Below, in pieces: positions 14,313 to 28,089 of a stretch of DNA of 64,000 nt; within the stretch, counting starts at the first letter, position 1; each line of letters starts with the position of its first letter. The notes under the pieces were generated by a model that saw only the letters and a list, made by a program, of their open reading frames with translations, was not told the DNA's origin and did no database searches. Source of the DNA: Octopus sinensis (lineage: Eukaryota); NCBI RefSeq assembly GCF_006345805.1, contig NC_043003.1:44950001-45014000 (forward strand). The letters run 5' to 3'. Position numbers and translations under genes: made by a program.

Positions 14313-16069
14313 TGGGCATACAATACGTCTTTATCTTGGAAAGTAATTATTACAAAACGACAAAACGCTGCATCTTTGCGCAATGCAAAATGATTGACGA
14401 AGCGACAGTCATCCCATTTGTAAAGAGCAAATTAGAATAAATTGTAAAATTCTATATTGACAAATAATGCTTGGAACGAGTTTGCTTTCTCTGATTAAAG
14501 GAAAATAAAACCTTAAGGAAGTAAGAAGGTATAATGGTGACCATAGGGTCATGGTATACGCACTTATTCTAACATTACACTTATATTTCCACAGAACCTC
14601 TTGAGTGAGAGAAAACATTCTCTGAAGGGGAGAAAAGTAGAAAATAAAACTTATACTTACAAATGTATATATATATGAAGAAATAAATACATAGGTACAT
14701 AAATAAACGCATACCGCACACGAATGCACGCACGCACGTACACATCCACACATACATACACGCTCATATATATGTATGCATACGTATGTGTGTGTGTGTG
14801 TTTATATGTATTTCTTGATTAATATATGAAAGTCGATACCAGCGATTTTATATGTGGCTGTGTATGGCTATGTACGTCTATAAGATTGAGTACATGAAGG
14901 ATATGTAGGAGGATAGATGGGGGTGTGAGAGAGTGTTTATGTTACATTCGAAGACATCAATTCTCTAATATGATTGGAAACTAATTCAGTACACAGAAAA
15001 CGTATATGTTCGTTTTTATAGCAAATTATATTAATGTGTTGAATTTCAGAAAGTGCAACGATGTGGAATTACAAGTAGACAATAGATTCAGCGGTCATCA
15101 ATGACTTTAGACGGGTTTTGCGCCTAACATAGACACATTGTGGCCATATATCTTTATATCGATAATTTCTCGGCAAGATATGACTAATGAGAAAATTGTT
15201 AGTCTGAAATATATATGTTGCTATAAAGTATGTGTAAGCTAGTGAAACGTTAATTAATATTATAGAATAACGAGTTGTGTTGCCGATTGATAGGACAGTA
15301 CATATAACAATATATTTCTTTCCAATGTGTATATTTCTAACGTTTTGTCTTGTGTTGTAGTATTGCCATAGTAAACATCGATTTTTTACTCATAGGGGTC
15401 GATAAAACAAGTAATAGTAATACACTGGACATTTTTTTCAATCTAGACTGCTACGTGTAGATGAAACACTATAATGATTCTTTTAACGAAGGAAGACATC
15501 ACGCGCCCTTGAAAATATTCAATAAGAAAAAAAAAATGACAACGCACGTATGAAACATGAACATAAGTATGTGCCATGTATATATACAGGCACGCGTATG
15601 TATTCACAAAGGGAAAGATGGGAAATACATACCTTAAAAATGAAAGCTGTAAACAGGAAAGGTTACGAGAATTCTACATGAATGAATTATCGTTGTCGTT
15701 CAACAAATTTCAGCTATGTAGATTTTTTTTCTTAGAAACCCAACACATATTTGAAAGAAGAATTCAAATGAATAGCAAACACAAGGAAACTCATAGACGT
15801 TACATGTATACATATGTCCATGAGCGGGATGTATGTGTGTTTATGTGTGCATGAGTGAACAGGTATTAGGGAACGGAACAACTTTACGTGGTAGTAGTTA
15901 TTCAAATAAAGGAAATCTACATTGCTTGTATAAATACATGTATGTATGTATGTATGTATGTATGCATTTTGATGCACATATGTGTGTGGACGTATGTATG
16001 TATACATAGATATACGTATTCGATATGCATGTACGAATACATGTTGATGTGTATGTGTGCGTGTGTGTG

Positions 16070-16212
16070 TGGGCATCTGGCTTAATAGTCATGGTATTCG
16101 GCTCACGGTCCGAATTTCATGATTTCTACACACGGCGGCACCTTCTGTCTTTGACTATGATATCTCCTTTCACATTGCCCCAGTCCATTCAGCTAGCAAA
16201 AATGAGTAATGA
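16070..16212 (+). mobile_element. SINE family B, degraded
   Basis: ggcatctggcttaatagtc ... cacattgccccagtccattcagctagcaaaaatgagtaat matches the body of the 1135-1292 copy. Confidence 0.5.
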
Positions 16213-16270
16213 ATAGTATATTGTGGTTGAAAAACGAAATACGGCGCCTTTACTAGCGATTAATATATGC

Positions 16271-16307
<37 letters not shown>

Positions 16308-16594
16308 TGTGTGTGTGTATGTGTGTGTATGTTTTTGTATGTTTTTTTCTTTGTTTATATGTATCAGAATACACTTTACTTTATTCTTAGGAACAAAGTG
16401 ATTATAAATGCAAATTATTTCCCAAGAGTCCACTTTACCTATGTATATATACACATATTTATAGTATTCCGTGTGCTATGCAAGCTGTTCGAGCGAAATC
16501 TGACCTAAAAGGAAAAGACAACAAACTATCCCATTCAAAATTGAGAGTATGTTCCAAAAATTAAAAACTTACTGCTTAGAGATAACAGAGAACT

Positions 16595-16860
16595 CAGAAT
16601 GGCTTCCCAAAGTGTCCACCATTACTTCAAGAAGGCCGCGAAACCTGGCGTATATCTTCCTCATTAGGCCCCTGGGAAGACCTTCGAACATCTCCATGGC
16701 CTTGGCCAATAACTCGGCGTTGGTACTGCAGACCGATTGGTTGGAGTCTTTCTCAATTTCACCCTGCACATAGTATTCCATTGGATTACAATCGGGGGTG
16801 GGGGTGGAATTTGGGGGATGGCTGCTTAAGTCGTAGAAAAAATTCTCCGTCAACTCCTCA
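16595..16860 (-). mobile_element. Tc1/mariner-superfamily transposase C-terminal fragment
   Basis: The ORF reads PPNS..PDCNPMEYYVQGEIEKDSN...ELLAKAMEMFEGLPR...ARFRGLLEVMV. This matches the WPPxSPDxNPxDY motif around the third catalytic residue and the terminal helices. Confidence 0.8.
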
Positions 16861-18249
16861 CTCTTTTCGAAGCTATGGCAAGAAGCTGAATTTTGCTACT
16901 TTATATAAGGTCTTCCAAAATTAACTCTCTCCAGTCAAGGTTTGACTACATTCAGCAGCTTCACATGGCCATCTATCTGGATACTGCCTAAGTAGCTGTT
17001 CAAAGATGAGAAGCGGCTTGACACCAACCTCACTGAAAATACACACATAGACAATCCCTGTTTTGGGAGAACCCGGTTTTTCTGATGACAATGTCGCATC
17101 TTACAGACTTTACATTATTATGAGAACATTAAGATGCAGCCATGTAAGAGCTGTTTTTAGCCCAAACATCCAATATAAGTCGTATAATTTTTTCCTTCTT
17201 TATCAATTCCTTTTTATATGTATTTGCACTTTTCTCTAATAATGGTATAACGTTAAACACTCATATTCCCTTATTATACCTTGTCAGTGAACTAATTTTT
17301 GCCAAGGTTTTCCAACATTCCAGTGGAATTTGATGATTTAATAAAAGAATAAAGTTGTATACTTATTTAATCAGCGTAGGTGTTACCAAAATTCACTCAG
17401 ATACCACACGATTTAGAATGAGAAATGCCTTCGAAGTAAATGGAGAAAGTGTAATTATATTAAATATTTTCCAATTTGCCAAAAGGATAGGCATTAAAAA
17501 ATTCTCAAATAAAATATTGAACTTAATACAAATATATATTAAAATTTAGACCTAGCATGACCACAGCTCGTGTGTTGAAACTAGATAAAATAAAAATAAA
17601 ATAAAATATTGTTAATATTCTGCGGGTAAATTCTTCTTAGAAATATCGCATAAACCTGTGGGGATTTTCTCTACGGGACGTTATGAGTAGTATCTTGCTA
17701 GAACTCCGCGACTACGAAATTCCCCCCGGCATTATGAGATTTACATACAGAATTAAAATGTTGTGATCAAAGGGCATATAAACGTAGTTTAGCCTTATCG
17801 CAGGAAGAAAAAGGTACCTTTCAATAGGATAAAATCTGCAAACAGGTCGTGTGCAGTAATTTGTATTATATGTATCATATTCCAAGTTAGTCGACACTAG
17901 TTCTATATGCAGTTTCATAATTCATAGCGTTTATAAGGTTACTAATAAACACACGCATACACACACACGCACGCACGCACGCACTCACAATCACACTCTC
18001 ACAAACGCATATATGTGTATGGGGGCGATTGTATTCATCTGTCACATGTGTATGCTTGTTATGCTTGTGTGTATGTGTGTGTGTGTGTGCATAAGTATAT
18101 TCCTATTACATAATTCATGTCGAAGAACACGCTGAGAACACGTCCGTGCCATAAAGTCTTGGAGATTTAGTGTCCTTCTGAGGATTGTCATGAAATTCGA
18201 GTTCCATTAACGATCTTCCTAAGAATAATTACATACATCATCAAATGAC

Positions 18250-18253
18250 TATC

Positions 18254-18323
<70 letters not shown>

Positions 18324-18520
18324 CAATGATAACGATGATGATGATAATGATGATATTAATAATATTCCTGTCATTATTATTATTAATTCATTATTATCAA
18401 TATTATTACTATCATTATTTTCAATATTATTATTATTATTATTATTATTGTTATTGTTATTATTATTATTAATACTATAATTAGTATTATTACTAATAGT
18501 AGTATTCTTATTACCATAAT
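18250..18520. repeat. Compound (AAT)n/(GAT)n/(TTA)n trinucleotide microsatellite
   Basis: Direct read. Confidence 0.95.
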
Positions 18521-18848
18521 TGTGAATAGAATTGTAATTAATATGATAATGTGATCACAATATTATTAACGTTAGCGTAGCTATCTGGTTTTTAATTGTT
18601 TTTGTTGTTGGTAGCAATGTTATTAATATTCACGCAGATCTCAGTTTACTAGTTTTAGCATTCCATTCCGGCAAAATATATGAACATATTCAACTAAATT
18701 AACAATTAATGGGATTCAATCCACGTCATTTCACAACTGTCCTCACAATTATATGCGAAATCTCAGAATTAGCATAATCTGTCAACAGTTTATATATCAC
18801 AGCCAATGTACTACTACTACTACAACTACTACAACAACTACTACTACT

Positions 18849-18922
<74 letters not shown>

Positions 18923-18938
18923 GACTACTACTACTACT

Positions 18939-18972
<34 letters not shown>

Positions 18973-19019
18973 TAATAATAATAAAGATTATGATGATTTT
19001 AAATTTTACAATAAGTACG

Positions 19020-19255
19020 GGGAAAGGAATGAATCGATGACATCAGCTCTAGTGCTCAACTGGTACTTATTTCATCGACTCCAAAAGCATGAAAAGTAGA
19101 AATGACCTCAGTGGCATTTGAACTTGGAACGCCTAATAATAATAATTATGAGATCTGTGGGCAGGAGACTACTCGATTACATTGATTCCAGTAATTCACT
19201 GGTAAAGTATTTCCCCCGGTGTGCTAAAGATTCTGCCAGCTCGCCATCTTAATAA
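19020..19255 (-). mobile_element. SINE family A fragments
   Basis: caactggtacttatttcatcgactccaaaagcatgaaaag ... atttgaact and gtgctaaagattctgccagctcgcc. Confidence 0.55.
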
Positions 19256-19301
19256 TAATTGCGGTGCAAAGACAATAATAATAATAATAATAATAAATCT
19301 G

Positions 19302-19661
19302 TCAAAATACAAAGAAACTTTCAAAATACAATAAAACTTTCAAAATACAAAGAAACTTTTCAAAGACCTGGAAATGGAGATAATTCGAATGTGGAATCTA
19401 AAAACAGAAACAATCACTATCATAGTAGGTGCATTCGGTATGATAAAAAATATTTAGACAAATACATAACAAAAACACCAGAACTTACAAATACATATAT
19501 CATACAGAAAATTTCACTACTGCGCACTGCACACATCCTACACAAAACACTTTCATTACAGTAACCATTAGAGCATCACAACAAATTACAGCACATACGC
19601 AAGATACACAGAGTCGCGCTCGGTAGTGAAGTGAAAGCACGCTATAAAAATAAAACTACAG
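19302..19661 (+). mobile_element. 5'-truncated R4/Dong-like (restriction-like endonuclease) non-LTR retrotransposon 3' end in an (AAT)n array
   Basis: Across a frameshift it translates KDLEMEIIRMWNLKTETITIIVGAFGMIK / YLDKYITKTPELTNTYIIQKISLLRTAHILHKTL* (stop at 19564). This fits the KYxDLxxEIxRxW...VGALG...LLxTAxIL C-terminus of REL elements. (AAT)n lies on both sides. Confidence 0.75.
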
Positions 19662-20421
19662 AATAATAATAATAATAACAACAACAACAACACAACAACA
19701 ACAACAACAATAAAAATGATAATAATAATAATAATAATAATAATAATTTCTTTACTTGCTTGAGGGACGTCACTCGAATGGATTATGAAAAGGATAGTTT
19801 ACAATGTGTGTGTGGTTTAGATAAATCTGTTGACGGGAGTAAGTGCTAACCTTAGGAATCCGCTGGTCCAATAAACAGGCTGACTTCCAAAGGTACGAGC
19901 CCACGTCCAAGAACTGTTTTCAAATCTGCCTGTTCAAACTGGTTATGGTTCTGTTCTCTTTAGCCATAGTCATCCACCTTTTTTAGCTCTCCGCCTTAGT
20001 GATGCATAATATTAGTTTCAAATCTTGGCTCAAGGCCTGTAATTTCGGGGAAGGCCATGAGTTAGTTACATCGACCCCAGTCTTCAGCTGGTGTATTATC
20101 AACCATGTGAAAACATTATTTATTGAATGAAAATTTTTTGAAACACCCGTATAAATTTTGATAGCTGTGAGAAAAACCTAGAAAGTTGGTTAATTACTAT
20201 TAGAAGACGAGGAGAAAGACAAAAGTTACCGACAAGTACTCGAAACTTGCACCTTCTTCACAGTTTTCAAACACTATGTACCTCTAAGCCAATATATACA
20301 TAAAGATGTTGCGAGCAATTTCAACTGTCATACACACACACACACACACATACACATCAATACACACTCGCACATACACATAGATACACATGCACACAAC
20401 AGAAAAGCAATGAATGTGTGC

Positions 20422-20457
<36 letters not shown>

Positions 20458-21685
20458 GTGTGTGTGTGTGTGCTGTTCACTGACAAAACTTCGTGCTGCA
20501 TCACTTTTATGAAGTGTTGTCAGTGAACAGGTCGCGGTTTCAAAGCGACGAATATATATTGACACAAATGAAATTTTAATGTTAAATTGAAACAAATTGT
20601 TTTGCGTGTTTTTCAATGGCTTACAAACATATTTCGCGCTAGAGTTGTTTTTGTTTCAACACACGATCTTCGACCAAGTTACCTGCTTTGCAAGTTCACC
20701 TCCGTAGATTTTTCAATCACTATGAATAAATGCCAAAAATAACATTCTCAGGCTCTTCAATATTTTAATTTCTAAACAGAAAAAATTGGAGTCTCTTCAA
20801 TCACTAACTTTTCCTTCTGAAAATATTAACAGCTTTTTTTCTTACCAAAAATGCTCTTCCCACGGTTTTGAAGTGCCAAAAAAATTAGCAAAATAGGTCC
20901 CGAGTGGAACGATGAAGGAGTAGGTGTAAAAAAATGAGTTTTCAAAACATTTTTCATACAACGATGTCCCGCAACAAACCCCATCATTTCGAAGGCAGAG
21001 GCTAAAAAAATGGGGGAAATCGCCGAAAACATTTTCCACACAATTTTCCTTATAATCGTAATTTATGCAGTATGAAAGGGATTTGTATAAATTGTCATTA
21101 AAAGATACCTGTTTTCCTGAATGTTATGAGGGAAAAGATTAAGGTCCTGTGAATGTTCCGAAACTCTTCTCTCCACCCCTCGTAGAAATTATTTGCCATG
21201 AATCCCTATATGATCTGGACCCAAAAACATCTATACGGTTTTTGTAGAAAATTTTGTTAAAAAAATATCCATTTTTCTGGATGTTTTGAGGCAACAAATT
21301 CTGTAGTAATGCACTTTTCATTATACGATTTTTTAAAATTCATTTCATGTGTATTTCATTCATTGCTTGCAATGTTCTCTCTTGCTCACACATTGTAAAG
21401 CTTACAGGTGGGCTGCTGAACTGAAATCTTTATGTTGCTTTGAGGGAAAGGTAAAACTTGCTGTTGGACTAACGTTTGATTGAAAAAGAGAGATTATGAG
21501 TGTGATAACATAATGCAAGCAACATTTACTAAGAAAATGAGTATTATTATGCAAAGAGATAATTAGACGTAAAATATTAAAAAAATATTAGACCTGGGAA
21601 TCAAGTCTGAAAATATTTACCAAAGTTATAGCAGAAAACCGCACGGAGGTCGGTCATTCTACTGTTGCTGCTGCTGTTGTTGCTG

Positions 21686-21757
<72 letters not shown>

Positions 21758-21802
21758 ATGATAATAATAATAATGATAATAATAATAATAACAACATCAA
21801 TG

Positions 21803-21846
<44 letters not shown>

Positions 21847-21847
<1 letters not shown>

Positions 21848-22402
21848 TGCCCTGATGCAGTACCAGGCAGTGGCTCTCATGGCTTCTGATCTTAACTGAT
21901 TGGAAGTGTTATCATGTACATTGTTTTGTCTTGGTATAAAAGATGGGCTACAGCAAATATTCTGCTCAATGCCACAGATTTGCTTGTCAGTTGTTTGAGC
22001 TTAACCAGTTGAGCATGTCCCTTAGTGGCTGACGATATGTGCATCTCTGATCACGTGCAGAAGTAGTGGAGGAGCATCATAGCCATGTGTTGAGAGGGAT
22101 TCTTTGGGGTTTGAATAATTCACCTCTGGAAACATGGGCGGTTCTTTCAACATCCGTAAACAACCCTTATTCAGGGACCTTTTGAGCGGGATGGGTTACT
22201 CAACCTGAAGAAAATTCTAACTGGGCCCCACCTGCAAGGTCATGTGCTGTTTATCTTGATATGAGATCACCATGTCGCGCACATATGGTTGTGATGCATG
22301 TGCCTGGTGTACCCTTATCAGACGGGTAGTCATGATGGGTATATTGGGCTTCGTATATTTTACCCCAGCGTCACTTTGATGGCATGCACTGCTCTCTCAC
22401 TC
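21847..22402. mobile_element. About 555-bp non-coding dispersed element bounded by (AAT)n on both sides
   Basis: A colinear second copy lies at 32322-32803 and an inverted partial copy at 22643-22797. There is no ORF, TIR or pol III box. Confidence 0.7.
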
Positions 22403-22436
<34 letters not shown>

Positions 22437-22439
22437 TTA

Positions 22440-22796
22440 ATCCTTTCTAATATAGGCACAGGACACAACATTTTGGGGGAGAGGACTAATCGATTAAATA
22501 GACCCCAGTGTTACACTGATACTTAATTTATCGACCCCGAAAGTATGAAAGGCAAAGCTGACCTCGGCTAACAATTCTGCCACCACACCACCTTAATAAT
22601 GATAATAATGATAATAATCCTTTCTACTATAGAAAGAAGGCTCGTGATCAGAGATGCTCATTTTGTCAGCCACTAAGGGACATGCTCAACTGGTTAAGGT
22701 CAAACAGCTGACAAGCAAATCTGTGGTATTGAGCAGAATATTTGCTGTACCTCATCTTTTACACCAACACAAAGCAACGTACATGATAACACTACC

Positions 22797-22856
<60 letters not shown>

Positions 22857-23140
22857 CCATTCTAAATTTGGCACAGGACACAAAATTTTGAGGGAGGGGA
22901 CTAGTCGATTAAATCGACCCCAGTGTTACATTTGTACTTAATTTATCGACCCCGAAAGTATGGAAGGCAAAGACGACCTCGGATAACAATTCTGTCGCCA
23001 CACCGCCTTAATAATGTTAATAATCCTTTCTACTATAGAAAGAAGGCCTGGAATTTGAGGGGAGGGATATAGTCGACCTCATTGATCCCTGTATTCGACT
23101 GTCACTTAATTTATCAACTATGAAGGGATGGAAATATATA
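22440..23140 (-). mobile_element. Locally duplicated, internally deleted SINE family A copies plus a third tail fragment
   Basis: 22440-22640 and 22857-23050 share the same deletion junction (gacctcgg.taacaattctg) and the same downstream taatcctttctactatagaaagaaggc. Confidence 0.65.
22643..22797. mobile_element. Inverted partial copy of the AAT-flanked element
   Basis: cgtgatcagagatgc...gccactaagggacatgctcaactggttaag...atgataacact is the reverse complement of about 21905-22055. Confidence 0.75.
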
Positions 23141-23253
23141 GAAATAGCGTCTATTCTGCGAAACTTTTTTTCTGTAAGTATGAGATCATGAAGAACCACA
23201 CTGACATTGAACAGTGACAATGAATCTCTAAATGATGGGTATATAAATATTTC

Positions 23254-23306
<53 letters not shown>

Positions 23307-23643
23307 AAAAAACTGAGATCTGAAATCTCTAAGAGATTAACGCAGTAGTGTACTGTAGTACTCCAGCATCACTGCAGCCGCAGACCTGAAACGAATAAAA
23401 GAAAGATATACATATAGGTGTGTAGAAAGACAGACAGTAGAGGTAGAAGAGGGGAGAGGGAGATTGGAGTGGCTTAATAGTCGAGACACGAGATAAACAT
23501 ATCAAATATTTAAAAAAAATGTATATGTGTGTAGAGTTGTGTATATGTAAATACGAACACACACACACACGCGCACATACACACACACTCAAACACACAC
23601 ATATATATATTCAGTATCTTGTAGAATTTTACATTTATCGCGT

Positions 23644-23824
23644 GTGGTAGTAGTAGTAGTAGCAGCCGAAGCGGTGGCGGCAGTATTAGTAGTAGTAGTA
23701 GTAGCATCCGCAGCGGCGGCGGCAGTATTAGCAGTAGTAGTAGTAGTAGTAGTAGTAGTAGCAGCAGCAGCCGCAGCGGCGGCGGCAGTATTAGTAGTAG
23801 CAGCAGCCGCAGTGGCGGCAGTGT

Positions 23825-23881
<57 letters not shown>

Positions 23882-23946
23882 CAGAAGTGGTAGTAGTAGT
23901 AGCAGCAGCAGCAGCAGTATCAACAGCGGCGGCATCAACAGCAGCG
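23644..23946. repeat. Compound GTA/GCA/GCG trinucleotide array with a higher-order unit
   Basis: (gta)n(gca)n-gccgcagcggcggcggcagtatta recurs four times with variants. Confidence 0.9.
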
Positions 23947-24640
23947 TTTAATTTATTGAAAATAATTCACTTGCAAGATTATCTTCATATATTAAGAAAA
24001 AATATAATGTACACTTAGTAAGGGCCGGCAGAATGTAGTTAAAGAATTTCTTTTCCTTTTTTTTTTTTACCATTTATTCATAAAATGTTTGTTGCGCCAG
24101 GTCATTATTGGCACAACTTCATTTATGGAGAATATTCAGAGAAATAAGCATACGTAGACAGTAATATGTCTTGTCATAATCCGCCTAGGCTCAGACATTA
24201 CAATCTCCGTCTACAATTTTCGACTCTTTGCTTATGCTTTCCTTGATCAACAAAATGCACTGTGCAATTTATTTTTCTTTCTGGTTTTGGTAATTGTTTT
24301 GGCGTACAATTGAGAATATTATAACTATAACTTTTTTTACTGGGGCAGATTATGTATAGATAGTTATTTCCTTATTGTTTGCATTAATGTCTGCTTTCAG
24401 TATTAATCTAATGCTTCTAAATATTCACTTCTAATCTATTAAATCTTTTCTGTGTTTTACTCTGTCTATTTCGATGATTTCTTAGAATTTGTATGAGTCT
24501 GCTTGTTCTAAATCGCTTAACTTTCTTGCATTATCTAATAACATATTAGTGATAATAATAAATTTTCTTCTTTTCAAGGTTGTCTTGGCACATTTTTCTT
24601 ATCCGTATATCATAACAAGTCATGTCTGTAATATTATTAC

Positions 24641-24823
24641 TCGCTGCTATTGTTGATGTCATCTCCATCGTCTTCAGTAAAATCTTCACAGTCTTCGACG
24701 CCGCCACCAACATCATCTTCATCGACATTGCCTGTTAAAATATTCAGACGTATTCTTGAATCGTCCATTATGGCGACGGATTCTATCATGAGCAAAGACT
24801 GAAAGTTTTGTTTTGAATCATTT
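24641..24823 (-). other. Candidate exon or TE-derived acidic ORF, product unidentified
   Basis: Acceptor ttttctttgtatcag|, a 183-nt open frame (NDSKQNFQSLLMIESVAIMDDSRIRLNILTGNVDEDDVGGGVEDCEDFTEDDGDDINNSS), and a possible donor |gtaata. No partner exon was found. Confidence 0.25.
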
Positions 24824-25655
24824 CTGATACAAAGAAAATTGAGAATTTGAAAATATACCCATACAGACTTCAGACGAAAACCTAGGGAAATTATCTACAC
24901 TTATTTCTGCGCCTCTGTTCATTCATATAAAACATGTACAAAATTACTACCATAGATAAAATGGATAGTTCTTTTGAAGAAAATGTTTTCAAAATATCGT
25001 ATCTCAACTCACGAAACAAACAAAAACAAAAACCAATGAAACATTTTAACGAATTTTTTCGGCAATAAAAACAAAAACAGCGACATAAAAATCAAACAAT
25101 ATTACTCATACGTACTATCTAAAACGAAAGAATTGAGAATATTTTAATGCTTATATAGACCGTGGTACTACATTCGTAAGTAGCAGTCACGTTTTGAAAA
25201 TATGTTCATATTTCCCTCCGCTTAAGAAAACAGAGAGATGATCAGTGTGCATTAAAAAATAAAAGGATCCAAAGAAAACCCTGTCCTACGTGTGAGGTAC
25301 TATGAATTCAATCAATTGTAGAAAGTGACATGATAAGCAAAGATAGAGCAACGTGCATCAATATACTGAGGCCAACCCAATGAAATATTAGTGGCGTTAA
25401 CATTTCCTTTGTTGTGGAAAAATTGTGTTGTGGAAACAAAAAGGAACTGTAATTAAACATGTTCAACATGGATACACATTTCTATCATCTTGAAATCTAC
25501 AGAAATATTCCAAATGTCTGCCTATATGGGGCGCAGAAATATGATGATTATATAGTGAAAAAAAAAACCATCTGTCGAAACTCGTGGTAAAAAGGACACC
25601 TTAATGCACTCAGGCATCAGTTCTCAAAATATAAGTGACAGAAAAAAGAAAGAGA

Positions 25656-25698
<43 letters not shown>

Positions 25699-26019
25699 AG
25701 GTAGGGTCGAACTGTTGCTGGTCAACCAACAACCTCAGCAGATTATTGAGAATACTCTTCCAACAACGATTCCAGATGCAGAGACTGCAAATCTGAGGAT
25801 GGTAGAAATACCTACCAAATCTTCAAGATCATAGAACAACATCTAGGAATGCACTCACTTTATCGCAACTATTAATAGTAATATCACGTTTGGAAGAACT
25901 CGGGAAGAAGCAGTGCTTTACATGCAGTTCAAAGACTAAAATAATCACAAAATTTCAGCGCATGTGTGTATGCATGTGTTTCTGTGTGTGTGTGTTTCTG
26001 TGTGTAAATATATCAGTAA

Positions 26020-26337
26020 AGGCGCATGGCTCAGTGGTTGGCGAGTCGGGCTCGCAATCATGAAATAGTGAGTTCGATTCCTGGACTGGGTTGTGTTGTA
26101 TTCTTGAGAAAGACACTTAATCTTTTTTCACTCTGCATAAGTTTACTCAGCTGTCGAAATGAGTTGCGACATCACAGGTGCCAAGCTTGGATAACATCGG
26201 GGGCGTAGAAATGGCAGGCTGGTATGCATGAGCGACTGCGACTGCTAGTCTTCCATAAAGAACGTTGCCTGGACGGAGGGGAACTTTCTAGTTGCAATCC
26301 CATAGTCTTTCATGCCCGAAGGAGGTCTTTAACTTAT
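26020..26337 (+). mobile_element. tRNA-headed SINE family B, near full length
   Basis: A box TGGCTCAGTGG at 26027-26037 and B box GTTCGATTCC at 26072-26081, followed by the family body. Confidence 0.8.
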
Positions 26338-26355
26338 CTGTATAATATATATATA

Positions 26356-26400
<45 letters not shown>

Positions 26401-26540
26401 ATATATATAATATATGGCCTGCTCACTTAGCGGGCGGGGAAGCGTCATTTGAAGGTTAAAACAATATGAAGTACATTGTGACCAGCGATGTGTAACAACA
26501 TGTGATAGGCTGGTCGGTCACGGTGATCACGGTGATATAT

Positions 26541-26611
<71 letters not shown>

Positions 26612-27659
26612 TGTATGTATATATATGTATGTATGTATGTATGTGTATGTATGTATGTATGTATGTATGTATGTATGTATGTATCTATATATATATACGT
26701 GAATATGTTTTCCGCCGTGACCATACAGACGTTGTTATATATCTAAAACTACTTTAGTAAGTTCTCATTAATTTTTTAATAAGGTAGAAGAATCTGAATT
26801 GAATGGTGACTCCTTCTTTGGAGCAGTTTTCTGATTGTGTGTATTGGTTGTCTGCAACTATTTTACTGCCGTCTTCGTTCTGATTTATTATTCATTTATT
26901 TTGGGGCGGGAGTTGGTCCGTTTATTTTATATATTTGTTGCTTTTTATCTTTATAGTAGTATTTTGTTAATTTCTAGCTGTGAGATACACACACACACAC
27001 ACACACATACATATATGTAGGTATGTATATGTGTGCGTTTGTGTTTGTATATGTTGTTGATTTTGTTATTTTTTTGGCTGTTGACTTTCCTACAACAAGC
27101 CTCATTATATCCTAATTTATAAAATCGTAGAAGCAGACAGATCTCCTTGACAGGTTTATTTTAAATCTGTTAGAATTATTCATTATTTGCCGGCTGTACA
27201 TGTATACATACACACCAATACCGCCCATACAAGGCATCCACACATTCAAACACACCTGCAACTATATACACATAGTCACATACGAGATTTTGAATAACCT
27301 TGTACGTTCTGTGCGACTGTTTACAGCATGTGTATGGTGTATGCGCGCACGCATGTGTGTGTGTGTGTGTGCCCGCCTGCTTGTGTAATATATCACTCTA
27401 GTATATGTTTATTTATGTAGTATATTCCGAAAGACTTTCCTAAATTTGCCTTCCTTCTCTCTTCTAGCAATGGATTCTCAGAATCTTCCAGGCGACGAAC
27501 AAACTGTCTAGCGGTATTACATTCCTGCCGTCAAGCCACGAGGAGTTTAAATTCCTTTTCGATACTTCGGAGTTCAAAAGAGAATATCAGTCCCCCATTT
27601 TTTTCTTTTTTTTTTCTGCTCAGAGCTGAGGCCATGCTGATGCACCGCCGTTTTGTGCT

Positions 27660-27985
27660 ACATTGTTATTACTAAGAGCCTCCTCTAATATGTGGCACTT
27701 GGTGAAGAATGGAGTTTGATATAGCTACCCTCATTTTCACCTCTTGCCGTGAGGTAGGTTCATCTGGGACTCTCGACAGAAGAGGTCCAACTTTGATATA
27801 AAATCCGCTACATCTACTTTGTGCAAGTTCCTCAGACTCTTCGGGATAATATTAGAAAGCTGTGGGCCCTTGAAACCCAGGCTATTGCAGTAGCTGGTCC
27901 TGAAGCGTGATGGCATTGCTGGGATCTTTGGCACTATGCGGTGTCGTCCCGTTCTAGCATTGGTGTAGCTTTCAATGCCCTTGTT
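27660..27985 (-). mobile_element. CR1/L2-type LINE 3' end remnant
   Basis: NARTGRHRIVPKIPAMPSRFRTSYCNSLGFKGPQLSNIIPKSLRNL...FISKLDLF / SRVPDEPT...SNSILHQ matches the NS..GPxLxNxLP..FKxxLD..VPDEP C-terminal signature. Confidence 0.75.
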
Positions 27986-28089
27986 TATTTCTATATAATT
28001 ACAATAGTATCTACGTATACCTGAAATTGTTAAAGTAACATTTCCACTCGTATTATGGATGTTCTTTAATATGTTTCATTTATTATATG

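Noticed and set aside
18175-18210. CTGAGGA-ttgtcat-GAAA-ttcgag-TT hammerhead-like string
   Set aside because: Stem II cannot form a viable loop and stem I does not pair.
20820-21330. Structured non-coding tract resembling a DNA-transposon subterminal region
   Set aside because: No TIR pair, target-site duplication or second copy was found in the window.
22031-22070. CTGACGA (CTGAAGA in the 32.4 kb copy) inside the AAT-flanked element
   Set aside because: The variation at N7 is suggestive, but no GAAA follows a stem and the third copy reads CTGACAA.
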